A program made the position numbers and the translations under genes. A stretch of DNA of 64,000 bases from Schizochytrium sp. TIO01. Taxonomy: Eukaryota > Protista > Bigyra: Labyrinthulomycetes. The notes under the pieces are model-generated. The model did no database searches and was not told the origin of the DNA. It saw only the letters and a program-made list of their open reading frames with translations. Location of the stretch: assembly GCA_004764695.1 (NCBI GenBank), contig SMSO01000025.1, positions 4,752,862 through 4,816,861 of the forward strand. Direction: 5' to 3'. Shown here piece after piece: positions 44,073 through 54,416 of this stretch (the stretch's first letter is position 1; every line of letters begins with the position of its first letter).

Positions 44073-45719
44073 TCAGTGCGACGAGCGGGGTTGGTGTTTG
44101 TACGTGCTCTGGAACTGAGAAGTGTCGCCAATGGGTGTTAGGTAGTAACCAATGAGATTAGTTTGACTTCTGAAGTTGTTCGTCAACTTTTCATTGAAGT
44201 CCGCGAGAACTCCTTTGGTGTGACGCTTGTGGAAGTATGCCACATCAAGGATAAACCACACCCTTGCATCGATAAGCTTCTTGAACATGTTCTTGTCCAA
44301 AGAATAGTTAATATCTTCTATGAGCTGTTGGATATTACAATCCTTGGGTAGATGAAATGAAAGACACACGAGGAAAGACAACTTCAAAAAGTCAAGATCA
44401 TCATCATCGATTTGGCCTTGAATATCGGTGCGAACAACACTAAATACTGATATACCTTCGAAAACTGTAATTTCGGATGAAATGCTGCAGACCATGGGGG
44501 TATTGTTATGGTCGAAAAGACGTCTTGAGTTTCTACAATCCACCTGGACAGTATAAGAAGAAGGGTCACCCTTTGAAAGGTCTCTATACCTACGAATTTC
44601 GAGAACTCCATAGTCAAGTATGTCATTGATTATGACCAGTCGATTCTGCTCTGTAAGCAATTTCGAGTACTCAATGTTTAAAGGCGTGAAATCCCTTCGA
44701 AATTTGTCAAAATCAGAGTAAGCAAAGTTCCGATCCGCCGCTTTCGAGATAACGAAAGCGCACAATCGGATGTAAAGAGTGTCAACCAGGTCGTGGTTTG
44801 TGCCAATGTTTGGAATGCATGTTAAAACCATGCCGCTCATTAACCCGCAACTTTCGTTCAATGTTGCAATAAGAATAGGAGCCATTTGAGCATGATACCA
44901 TTTATAGCCAGCCTCGTCGCGTGCCTTAACAACACTGAATATGCCGGAATGCTCAGCTGATTCAATCGTTAGGTCAAAGTGACAATTCTGGTTAATTGTA
45001 GAGCCAAGTGCCGAATTGAAATTCCAGTTCGCTTTAAAAGGCATCTCAGTGATTGATAAGATCAAAAGAACCTTTAGTGCCCTGACCGAGTAATCTCTAA
45101 TGATATCTCTACGTTCACGTCCAGATAGTTGTGCAGCTCCAAAGTCAATGGACTGTGCTATTTGTGATTCTCACGTGGCGAGAGAAAAAACACTCCCGAG
45201 AAAATCAATCAGTTTATCTCTAACAGCAAAGGTAGGCAAAAGTAAATTGGGTGGATCGCCCAAAGCCTCCAGTGCAGCCTTTGCCCTTGTATCATTATCA
45301 TTTAGTTTTTTACGCAGAATGTCAGTGCAAGCGTCGACATCATGGCGCCCTTGCAGCAATAGTCAACGGTGTTCAAGGTCCTCAAGTGCTTCTTTATAAC
45401 CGATAAGGCTCCTTAGGGTAATGACAGCCGTGCTATTTAGACTACTCACGGTATGTGCACGACCATGATCAGCTTCACTAGCTTCGATATAGCTTGTCAT
45501 ACCTGTGACGATGGGGTAGACGCGCAGAGCATCATTTCTTTCCAACAAAAGTGTCTCAGTGCATGCCTCAATAAGCATCCTTGAGCCCAACATATCTTCT
45601 CTGTATTCGTCTATATGAAGAAACAAGACACCAAGTTCGAGTTTTTCCTTCATGATGATGTCTGTGATACAAATCGAAAGATGTATGATCAAAATTAGCG
45701 ACCCTGATGTCCTTCTTTT
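44073..45719 (-). pseudogene. Crinkler(CRN)-like P-loop NTPase-associated ORF interrupted by two in-frame TGA codons
   Basis: ORF-track pieces 45363-45692, 45171-45359 and 44073-45065 are all in one frame, separated only by TGA at 45363-45365 and 45171-45173. VLFLHIDEY (Walker-B-like), VYPIVTG and ALEALGDPPNLL resemble CRN NTPase domains. The 5' part, including Walker A, is missing. Confidence 0.55.
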
Positions 45720-45795
45720 TTATAAACTCAAACACTACTACCCTTTAGCCTAAATGTCTAATTATATTGTAATAACTTACCAAAATAATTAAAGT

Positions 45796-45827
45796 AAAGC
45801 AAAGCAAAGCAAAGCAAAGCAAAGCAA
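45796..45827. repeat. (AAAGC)n pentanucleotide repeat
   Basis: aaagcaaagcaaagc... seen directly. Confidence 0.9.
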
Positions 45828-45866
45828 TACCTCAATTACTAATCTACAGTCTTGTTCTTGGTCACT

Positions 45867-46460
45867 ATGTCGCCAACTTCACAAGAATTAATGTCCACCC
45901 TAGGTACTTGCTATATATGTCATGAAGACGTCTCTAGCGATAACTATCCTTTTACACCCCCTTACGCATGTTCTGGTTCCCTCCGCATTGTCCATATTTC
46001 ATGTCTAGCTGAATGGAGATATCAATCGACAAACCCACTTACTTGTTACACATGTAAGCGTGATTTTACAATGGCACAAGATCGCATCCTATCATTGACT
46101 TGCGTTCGCGCCTTTGTTATTTGTTTTGTACGGTACATCGTAATGTGGGTATCAACGAGCATATTGGTTGTATTATACTTCGAACAGTCCATTGCAGTCA
46201 ATAAAGCCATGTATGGAACTCATTCTACGAAGAAAGAATATGAAACGAGCTTATTCGATGTGGACAAAACTGGTTACATTTGGTTAGAAATCATTATGTT
46301 CACAAAACCTATTGCTCCACTTAATATTGTTTTTCAGATTTTCCTAGGGGTGATATTTATAACCACTAACAAAGGTAGAGCTTGTTTGGACGAATTCGAA
46401 CGCATTGTACTTCGAGAACTCGAAGACTTTCATCGTTACACAGATAGATCTCGTCAATAA
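45867..46460 (+). CDS. RING-CH (RINGv, MARCH-like) E3 ligase with two TM segments; one Zn ligand mutated
   Basis: CYIC...PYACSGSLRIVHISCLAEW...CYTC (canonical PCxCxGS reads PYAC here), followed by two hydrophobic stretches. Confidence 0.7.
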   Translation: MSPTSQELMSTLGTCYICHEDVSSDNYPFTPPYACSGSLRIVHISCLAEWRYQSTNPLTCYTCKRDFTMAQDRILSLTCVRAFVICFVRYIVMWVSTSILVVLYFEQSIAVNKAMYGTHSTKKEYETSLFDVDKTGYIWLEIIMFTKPIAPLNIVFQIFLGVIFITTNKGRACLDEFERIVLRELEDFHRYTDRSRQ

Positions 46461-47552
46461 AAATTTATTACTCTTGATGATATATCCTATTTGGCAAACA
46501 ATACAATGATGAATAGCCCATTGATTAGCCTTTTAGGCGAGTTCAGATATGCAGTGTAGAATCTATCAAAAAAATTACAATTCAGGCAGAGTTTGTCAGA
46601 TCTCATCCAACTGTGTACTTAGAACGCGCTAAGGATATATCTGGTGAGGTCGGCGATGCAATGGCAGCAGGGGGCTTTAGCGGACGTGTCAATACCGATG
46701 TTGCCAATGTGCACTCACTCGGTGCCGGACCAAGTCAGTTCTTGAATAAAAACTCAAATACTAGAATAAGTACACTCGCTGATTCCCTGGATCACGCCTC
46801 AAAGGACATCATGAAGAATTTTGAGTTCCATAATGAGCAAATGCAACTGTTTGCAGAAAACCAAAATAAAAATTATTATGATCTTGGTTTACTACGTACC
46901 ACAGCCGACGCACTCACTGTATGTGCTAACCCCATGCCTTACACTCTCTTCTAAACCAGAAGTTCCACAATCGAGACTTGACCAAATCTCTTTAGAGCGC
47001 AATTTGGCAACTAAGATCATGGAGGCTTTCGGGATACCTGAGTCTATTTTTGCACCTCATGCCATTAGTGGCCCTCGATCAAAGAGTGCCTCGGGTAATG
47101 TTTCAACAGGTTCTTCATCTTGGGGACCTGGGTTGGGTACTTCTGGTGGACAATCCGGTATAGGCTCATACTCCCAGCAGATTCTTATGCAAATCTACGC
47201 ATCCGAATCAACATTGGATGCCTATCGGTCATGTTTCAAAGATACAATGATAGAAATTTATGAATACATTTTCAAAACACGACTCGACTCGCAACGCGTT
47301 TTGTTCACAAAGCCAGATCTATATTACAATTGCCTTCAGGTACTCAATTCAAATATGCGTTCACAGAAGTTATGTTCCATGATTCCGCCTCATATTGCCG
47401 GAGCGCAGTTAAGAAACATTGAAATGACATCATCAACTACACCTAATCCCTTGCCAATGGAAAACATGAAGGAAGGTGAAAAAAATCAAACAAACAATGA
47501 AACAGAAAATATGGAAACAAACGAGGAGAAAGACAAAAAAGAAAACAAATGA
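46461..47552 (+). pseudogene. Frameshifted portal-protein-like fragment (putative mirusvirus/Duplodnaviria relic)
   Basis: Joining three frames (breaks near 46550 and 46950) gives NSPLISLLGEF...ESIKKITIQAEFVRSHPTVYLE...PMPYTL/SKPEVPQSRLDQISLERNLATKIMEAFGIPESIF...TLDAYRSCFKDTMIEIYEYIF. The order of SP..L, A....P, I..AFGIP and the final helix matches HK97-type portals. Recognised by eye only. Confidence 0.45.
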
Positions 47553-48981
47553 GGAGAAAAACAAAAAGAAAACAAGTGCCTATTATTTCTGAAATGATAA
47601 TACGAGTTCTTGCTTGAGTAGGTTCCTCAAAAGGCCACCGCTATGCAAGAACAACTCTGAACCAACAAGCAACAACAGTCGCAGCAACTTACGCTGCCGT
47701 TCATACTGGCTTGCTTGCTGGCCGCTGACACGAAATTAACCCTCTGCCAACCACCACCAGCTCAAAAGCAATGGCAGTTCACTGTAAATATAAAGAGGTT
47801 AGACTTTCTTTTCCCCCTATCATTCATTTTTTAATTTTTAGTTTTAAAAATAAATTTTAAAAAATAATAATATCACATATACAACTTCCTCTACCATCGC
47901 TTCAGAGGGCACGCTTTCATTTCGAGTTTGTTTCGTAAATGCCTTCTGTAGAAAAGTTGGTTTAGAGTTTGCAAAAACTTGAAGTGCTACTGAGCTTGAG
48001 GTTTGGAGCGCTTATTCCATGGCCCTTCGCAGAACTCATAAAAAATAAAAAATAAAAATATATATATATTATTTAATAGAGAGACATCAGCATCCAGATA
48101 AAACAGCCAATTGCGATGGATGCCAGGACAATCTTCGTCGGCAAAGGCGAACTCCAGGAGGTCTGGAGACGCTGATGCTGACTACAACAACTTGCGTGGA
48201 GAGCGTGATCTCTGTACTAAAACACCAAAACAAGCCAAAAAAACAAAACAAGTCATTCTGAGCACACCATGAATTGCAATTTCAGGAATGTAGAACGACG
48301 ACGGTCCCAGATGGCCATGCATGCATGCATGCTCCTGTGACTTTTCTACTTGTAGATAGATAGAAACCTGCAGTGCTCGGCTCTGAGCCATCTGTCGTCA
48401 TCGTTACCGGGTCCTGACGGTCGCTGCACGCAAGAACGAGCTGAGGCTTTTTCTTGCGAGAGCTCTTCGGCAGATCGATCGATCGATCGACAGATGGATG
48501 GATGGATGGATGTCTAAGGCCTCGATCGATGGGTCCTCTCTCTCATTGCTTTGATGGAGTTTGTCGGATGAACGAGAGAGGGGGTGACTGTTTGACTGTT
48601 TGTTGGGGGGAAGAACTCCACTCGAGAATGCACAGCACTCACTCACTCTCTCTCTCGACTTGAAACGCTGCCTCTTGAATAGACAGTCTACCTACTTGCT
48701 GCCTCGTCTGCTGGCCTGGGCCGTCTCCAGCGAGGCAGTGGACGTAGCACAGCTTCGAAGCAAGGCCTGCTTCGATCTGGTTTATTGCTTGCGTTCCCAA
48801 CTTGAACTCGCTCGCTCTGTTTGTTTGTTTGTTTGTTTTCGAAGGCGGCTTCGAATGGTTCTCTTTTTTAACTTCTTCCTCTTCTTCTTCTTCTCCTTCT
48901 TCTTCCTCTTCTTCCTTCTTCGCCATCGTTTCTTCTTTCCTTTTTCCTTTCTTTCTTCCCTCTCTTTGCGAAAGGGGTTTC

Positions 48982-49406
48982 TTTGTTTGTTTATGGTTTG
49001 TTTGTTTATGGTTTGTTTGTTTGTTTGTTTGTTTGTTTGTTTGTTTGTTTGTTTGTTTGTTTGTTTGTTTGTTTGTTTGTTTGTTTGTTTGTTTGTTTGT
49101 TTGTTTGTTTGTTTGTTTGTTTGTTTGTTTGTTTGTTTGTTTGTTTGTTTGTTTGTTTGTTTGTTTGTTTGTTTATGGTTTGTTTGTTTGTTTGTTTGTT
49201 TGTTTGTTTGTTTGTTTGTTTGTTTGTTTGTTTGTTTGTTTGTTTGTTTGTTTGTTTGTTTGTTTGTTTGTTTGTTTGTTTGTTTGTTTGTTTGTTTGTT
49301 TGTTTGTTTGTTTGTTTGTTTGTTTGTTTGTTTGTTTGTTTGTTTGTTTGTTTATGGTTTGTTTGTTTATGGTTTGTTTATTGTTTGTTTATGGTTTGTT
49401 TGTTTG
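48982..49406. repeat. ~420-bp (GTTT)n microsatellite with GTTTATG variants
   Basis: Long, nearly pure tandem gttt array. Confidence 0.98.
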
Positions 49407-49853
49407 TGGACTCTGAAAGACCCCACAACTGAACTGACTGCATTGAAACTATTATCGATCTTGCTTGCTTGCTTGCTTGCAACTCTGTGCTCGGCGACCA
49501 CGCTTCGATTCCACCATCCGTGACGCGGGAGGGAGTCACGCCCAGGCTTATCAGGACTGCCTGCACAGGCCGCGACTCCCCGTTGGACCCGCAACATAGG
49601 CACAGAATTGCAAAGGAAGAGGACTCCAAGGAGGGAGGGAGGGAGTCCTACCTATCCCATATCTTATGCGTCATCCTTCAGACTCTGTTGATCCGCAGAT
49701 CTGCGAATTTGTTGCGAATTGATTTGCAGATTGATTTGCAGATTGATTTGCAGATTGAAAGCTCAGCTTGCAGGTAGTTGCTCATCTTTTTGGCTGTTTG
49801 TTGTTGCCTTTGTCTTTGTCTTTGTTGTTTTCGGTCTCCTCTGAGAATGAATG

Positions 49854-49855
<2 letters not shown>

Positions 49856-49888
<33 letters not shown>
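49856..49888. repeat. (CT)n microsatellite
   Basis: Seen directly. Confidence 0.95.
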
Positions 49889-49889
<1 letters not shown>

Positions 49890-50564
49890 ACTATTCAATG
49901 CCTATAGTAAATGGTGGCTAGGTCCTAGTTGAGATCTTGTGATCAATACTGACTCAACGGTCGGGAGGGAGGACGCCACCTCTGTTGCCACGGGCACCTG
50001 GTTCGACTTTGGTTGTTGAGGCAGAACTGATCGGGCTGGCAAGGCGCGGCGGGAACAGCACTTTCGTTGGTCGCGGGCCACGCAGTATATTGATTCCTCG
50101 GTATCCGCTTGGCCGATCGGAGGCAGTCGAGGTAGAACCCGAACAGGTTCTGCGAGAATTACAGCGCCGAGTAGAACGGTACTATTGGAGCTGCGAAAGA
50201 AATCAAATCAGGAAGGTAGGTAGGTGGATAGATTGATACCTACTACCAACTTTGCAGATCACTCTTCAAGTTGGCGTGCGGAAACCAGGTTGTCCTTTCG
50301 AAGCTAGTGGGAAGTCAAGACAAATAAGAAATTAGCCAAGTGATTGTGTGCAGTTTTGGCGAGCAATACCACAATCTGGGGCAAGGAGAATCGACCTGGA
50401 CACTACGAATTGGATTGAACAAGTACTCCAAGGGGGAGGATATATTGTGACAAGAGCGATATTGAGGACATAGCTCCACAGAGCACAATACAGGTGCGCA
50501 AAGTATAATAAGGCAACCTGGGAAATATTAAGGCCGCATCAGGAACAGCAGGAGCAGCGCGACA

Positions 50565-52334
50565 ATGGAGACCAACTCTTATCATCAGCAACCAGTCCAA
50601 GGCTTCAAGCCTAGCCACGGTGGCGAAATTGACTTCGAAGACGAACGCGTGGAACAAGATGTTTCAGAAAAGTTAAGTTCTTCGTCACTGTTGAAAGAGA
50701 CCAAACAACCTCTGCAGCTTGAGTTGCTGCGGAATAATGAAGACTATGCAGATTCTCGCACGAAGAATCGTTATTTGAAACGAACAAATTCGTCACCACG
50801 CCGTACAATACGCGAGGTTAAAGAAGCAGAAACCGAGCAAACTCGAACTTTGGACATTAAAATCAGTAACCTGCAGCAAAATGAAACATGTGCTCCTGTA
50901 TCACCTCAATATACATCCAAGCGCTCTGGCTTTGGATCTTTTACTCCTAGGGGGGCCATGTCTGCTGTAATGCGAAGCAGCATCACTACGTCTGTTTCCT
51001 ATCAGAATGATCTCATTAGCTCACCAAAATGCCCGAGCAAGAGTTCCAAGAACAACAATGAGGATGATAATTTGCAAGCTATCGCTCACACTGTTGCTAG
51101 CCCTGTTTCAGCACCACTCATAGCAAGGGAACGACCGGCACCAATCCAAGTGCACTCACCACAGCCTCTGGGGGCCTCTCGTAAAGGGCCAACAGAAATG
51201 GCTCTTCGAACGCATCGTGAAGTAGTTCACAATGTCAAAGACTTTATCACTTCACCGGTACCTATAGCTTTGGGAACCCTGCAATGCTCGCTTACAAATT
51301 ATCAAGTGCAAGGTGAGGGTCTCTTTTCGTCCCCTACGGAGGTATGGGAGCTTCGAATTACAGATACACGCGTCATCTATGAAGGTATAGGGACATTTAC
51401 GAATGTTCCCGATGCCACTGGAGCAGGCTTCGCCATGGATGGACCACAAGTGACCGATCTGCGGAAAAACCGTCTCGTTGTAGTTGCAGAAAAGCGTACA
51501 AGAGGATTTATGCACAAAACCTCAAGCTTCTTGTTCACTATGGCAGATTGTGGCGCTTATCACCAACGTATAACTCAGAAAGCGAGTCATCTTGTTGGAA
51601 AACTAGAAGGTGAAAACGTCTGGGGAACCGAGTACACCGGCTATGATTTATCTGAGAATTTGAAGTCACGCCAATACGCCATTCCTGTTAAAAAGGAGTG
51701 CTTCCATGTGCGATACGATTGTACAGTAGGTAACCCTCGCCAGCTCTTGGTGGCCATCCCACGGCTCTCAAAGGAAGCAGAGGAGCGGGCAAGTGGGAAG
51801 GGTCCTGAGACTGATCCTTCGACAGGCAGAGAGCGCGATGCTGAAGATGGACCCGGATTATGGCAAAACGAAATCCCCCCTTCGCCTGACATGGACCTCG
51901 GCTGCCAAGTTGTGCCAGCATACAAACACTCCAACGCTAAGCCCCTAGCCTTGGCATCTGAAGAATATGACCAAAATAACTGTTTGTGCTTCCACAACCG
52001 CAAGCCGCTCTGGGATGATGAGTTACAAACGCACATTCTTGACTTTGGCGGCCGGGTTACCCATCCATCGGTCAAAAACTTTCAGTTGGACCCGTCACGT
52101 GACATTGACGAACATACTTTCGTGGATTATGATTGCGATGACGAGTTCTTGATTTACAGTACAGATCGAGAAGTCCACTCTCGCCCTCCTCTTGTTCAAT
52201 TTGGCAGATCTGCTGCATCGTCTCCAGCAACCGGGGTCTCGAATTTTACTCTTGATGTTCGGTACCCATTTTCTCCGCTCCAAGCTATGCAGCTCGCTAT
52301 GACGTCCGTTGAGCACAAAATTGTGTATAAGTAA
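50565..52334 (+). CDS. Tubby-like protein (C-terminal Tub domain)
   Basis: VGKLEGENVWGTEYTGYD, HNRKPLWDDELQTHILDFGGRVTHPSVKNFQL, VQFGR, FTLDVRYPFSPLQAMQLAMTS. Confidence 0.92.
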   Translation: METNSYHQQPVQGFKPSHGGEIDFEDERVEQDVSEKLSSSSLLKETKQPLQLELLRNNEDYADSRTKNRYLKRTNSSPRRTIREVKEAETEQTRTLDIKISNLQQNETCAPVSPQYTSKRSGFGSFTPRGAMSAVMRSSITTSVSYQNDLISSPKCPSKSSKNNNEDDNLQAIAHTVASPVSAPLIARERPAPIQVHSPQPLGASRKGPTEMALRTHREVVHNVKDFITSPVPIALGTLQCSLTNYQVQGEGLFSSPTEVWELRITDTRVIYEGIGTFTNVPDATGAGFAMDGPQVTDLRKNRLVVVAEKRTRGFMHKTSSFLFTMADCGAYHQRITQKASHLVGKLEGENVWGTEYTGYDLSENLKSRQYAIPVKKECFHVRYDCTVGNPRQLLVAIPRLSKEAEERASGKGPETDPSTGRERDAEDGPGLWQNEIPPSPDMDLGCQVVPAYKHSNAKPLALASEEYDQNNCLCFHNRKPLWDDELQTHILDFGGRVTHPSVKNFQLDPSRDIDEHTFVDYDCDDEFLIYSTDREVHSRPPLVQFGRSAASSPATGVSNFTLDVRYPFSPLQAMQLAMTSVEHKIVYK

Positions 52335-52415
52335 GTAATGAGATAACTTTTCAAATAAATTTATGCGGTTTAATGAGTACAGTTGCTTTGCTAAACAAGA
52401 TTTCCGCAACTTGTT

Positions 52416-54416
52416 TTACAAGTCTGCATCCACAGAAGAAGCCGATCGCAACATCTGATTGCGCTCGCACTCAAGCTGGAATGTGCTGACCGATTCATGA
52501 TAGTGCCGGTACTTACAAACCAAGTCATGATGAACCTTTTCTTTCAGGGATTGTTCGGCAAGTGCAGCATCTAGCCGTCCATGCATCTGATCTCGCTTCG
52601 CTCTCAATTCGCGATTGAGATTGCGAAATTTTTCTACAAACTCCATCTTGCTTCGTCTTGATTTCATCGAAGTTTGGAATGTATCATATACAGATTGCAA
52701 AAGCTCGCACTCTTGAGTCAATAATTGGTATGTGGCTTCTAAAGCATTATAAGTGTTGATGTGCTTTTTGTTTTCTTCAAATTTATTTGCGAGTTGTTCG
52801 TAAACCTCAAACAACCGGCGTTCGTACTGTATCATCTCCGCTTCAGTTGGTGCTCCATCAATTTGAAAGGAAAGCTGATCCCCTTCTTGGTATAATAAGA
52901 AAATCTCACGGGCCAGATGTTGATGCCGTTCTCGGAGTCTATCTGCACTTTCTCTCATTCGATCAACATGCCCAGAGGATAAAACCTCACACGATGATGT
53001 TGAATTAGCCAATTGAAGTTGCGACATTAAATCAGCTCGAAGTTGCAAGCGCTCATCTTCACTGGCATTTATATCCTCATGAACAATATGTAATTCTCCA
53101 ATCAGTGCAGACAATTTCTTCAGGTCTTCCCTACCCTTAGCCTCAAGCTTAATCTGTTTGGAGAGCTCGCGTTTCCTCGCATGTGCTTCTTCAGAAGCTT
53201 GGCGAGTCTGGTTTAGCTCCTCTCTTGCATCAGTGTAGGACTTTTCAAGTATCTGGCGGTCTACTTCGGCTGCGGAGAGTGCATCTTGAGCAGCTTGGAT
53301 TTTATTCCGCAACTCCTGCGCAAGTGAGATAGACTCAACGGACGAGTTTAGATTCGGTCGATGCGTAGGACGAGCTGGCGTGGCTCGTTTCAGAAGTTTT
53401 TCCTCGTTAGACTTAGCACGCAAGAACTCGGCTCTGGCTTCCTTCTTAGCTTTGCGGGATTCTGAAGCCAAAGCTGTATCAAAGCTCGATGTTGCACTAT
53501 CATTGGGAAGGCTCATATCCGCTGTCTTGGAGTTTTGATCAGGTGTAGCCGGCTCAATTAGACTGCCTGATGTGCGCTCGCCAAACTCTAACAGAACAGC
53601 TCGCACCCAGTGATGTTCAATTTCTAGCGCATCGATGTTCTCGTCCTGTGGGCGTCGTTGATCAATTGTCAAACGCCTTGTCGGTCGCAGTGCTCGATCG
53701 AAATGCTCAGTCTTAATAGCAGAGAGCTTTCGAGAGGTCACATTTCTAGATTTTCTGGTACCCTTACCCTTCTTGTCATTCAACGAATACTCTACGCTAC
53801 CAAACCGCCGCTTGTAGGCTTCATGATGCAGTTCTGCCGCTCGTTCATGTTGCTTGCCTCGTCGGTGTCTCGAAATCTCGACCCCTTGGCAGAGCCACTG
53901 AATAACAGGTTCAAGCGCAGGGAGGTCATGACCGTGTATTTGATGAGCTTGTAGTTCAAAGGGGCATTTCATAGCACGCAGAGCTTTTACAACATTTTCA
54001 GCAAGCTTGATGCGACGCCCAATGTCCATTTGGTCCTCATCAAATGCAAGATCCACATCTACAGAAGCACCGCTGAGCGCAATAGCCCAGCAAAAGCCTC
54101 CTAAAACGCGGTCAAACTTTGACAAAGCCTTCAGCTGAGCACGCAAATAACCTGCACGTCCAAAGTCTGCGAGAACCTGGTCCCAGCTATGATTGGGCTC
54201 TAGGTCACGCTTGTCATAGCTCCCAAAAGCCTTGCCGCCAGTTGCAACACCATCGTCAAGGGTGACAGAAGCGTCTTCAGACTCTGGCAACGTCACCTGA
54301 TGGGGTGACCTTGGAGCGAAGTCGCTCTCGCTAGCAATAACCACCTCCGGCTCCAGCGGCATACTATGGGCTCCGCAAGACGAACGAGAGGGACTTGCTT
54401 TTCTCGCTTCTTTCAT
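52416..54416 (-). CDS. CCDC93: CCDC93 (CCC/Commander complex subunit)
   Basis: AGYLRAQLKALSKFDRVLGGFCWAI...KLAENVVKALRAMKCPFELQAHQIHGHD...VIQWL (N-terminal domain) and PTEAEMIQYERRLFEVYEQ...YNAL (C-terminal coiled coil). Confidence 0.88.
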   Translation of the reverse strand: MKEARKASPSRSSCGAHSMPLEPEVVIASESDFAPRSPHQVTLPESEDASVTLDDGVATGGKAFGSYDKRDLEPNHSWDQVLADFGRAGYLRAQLKALSKFDRVLGGFCWAIALSGASVDVDLAFDEDQMDIGRRIKLAENVVKALRAMKCPFELQAHQIHGHDLPALEPVIQWLCQGVEISRHRRGKQHERAAELHHEAYKRRFGSVEYSLNDKKGKGTRKSRNVTSRKLSAIKTEHFDRALRPTRRLTIDQRRPQDENIDALEIEHHWVRAVLLEFGERTSGSLIEPATPDQNSKTADMSLPNDSATSSFDTALASESRKAKKEARAEFLRAKSNEEKLLKRATPARPTHRPNLNSSVESISLAQELRNKIQAAQDALSAAEVDRQILEKSYTDAREELNQTRQASEEAHARKRELSKQIKLEAKGREDLKKLSALIGELHIVHEDINASEDERLQLRADLMSQLQLANSTSSCEVLSSGHVDRMRESADRLRERHQHLAREIFLLYQEGDQLSFQIDGAPTEAEMIQYERRLFEVYEQLANKFEENKKHINTYNALEATYQLLTQECELLQSVYDTFQTSMKSRRSKMEFVEKFRNLNRELRAKRDQMHGRLDAALAEQSLKEKVHHDLVCKYRHYHESVSTFQLECERNQMLRSASSVDADL

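Noticed and set aside
48600-49523. ORFs of 149-307 aa rich in FVCL repeats
   Set aside because: Translation products of the (GTTT)n microsatellite, which contains no stop codons.
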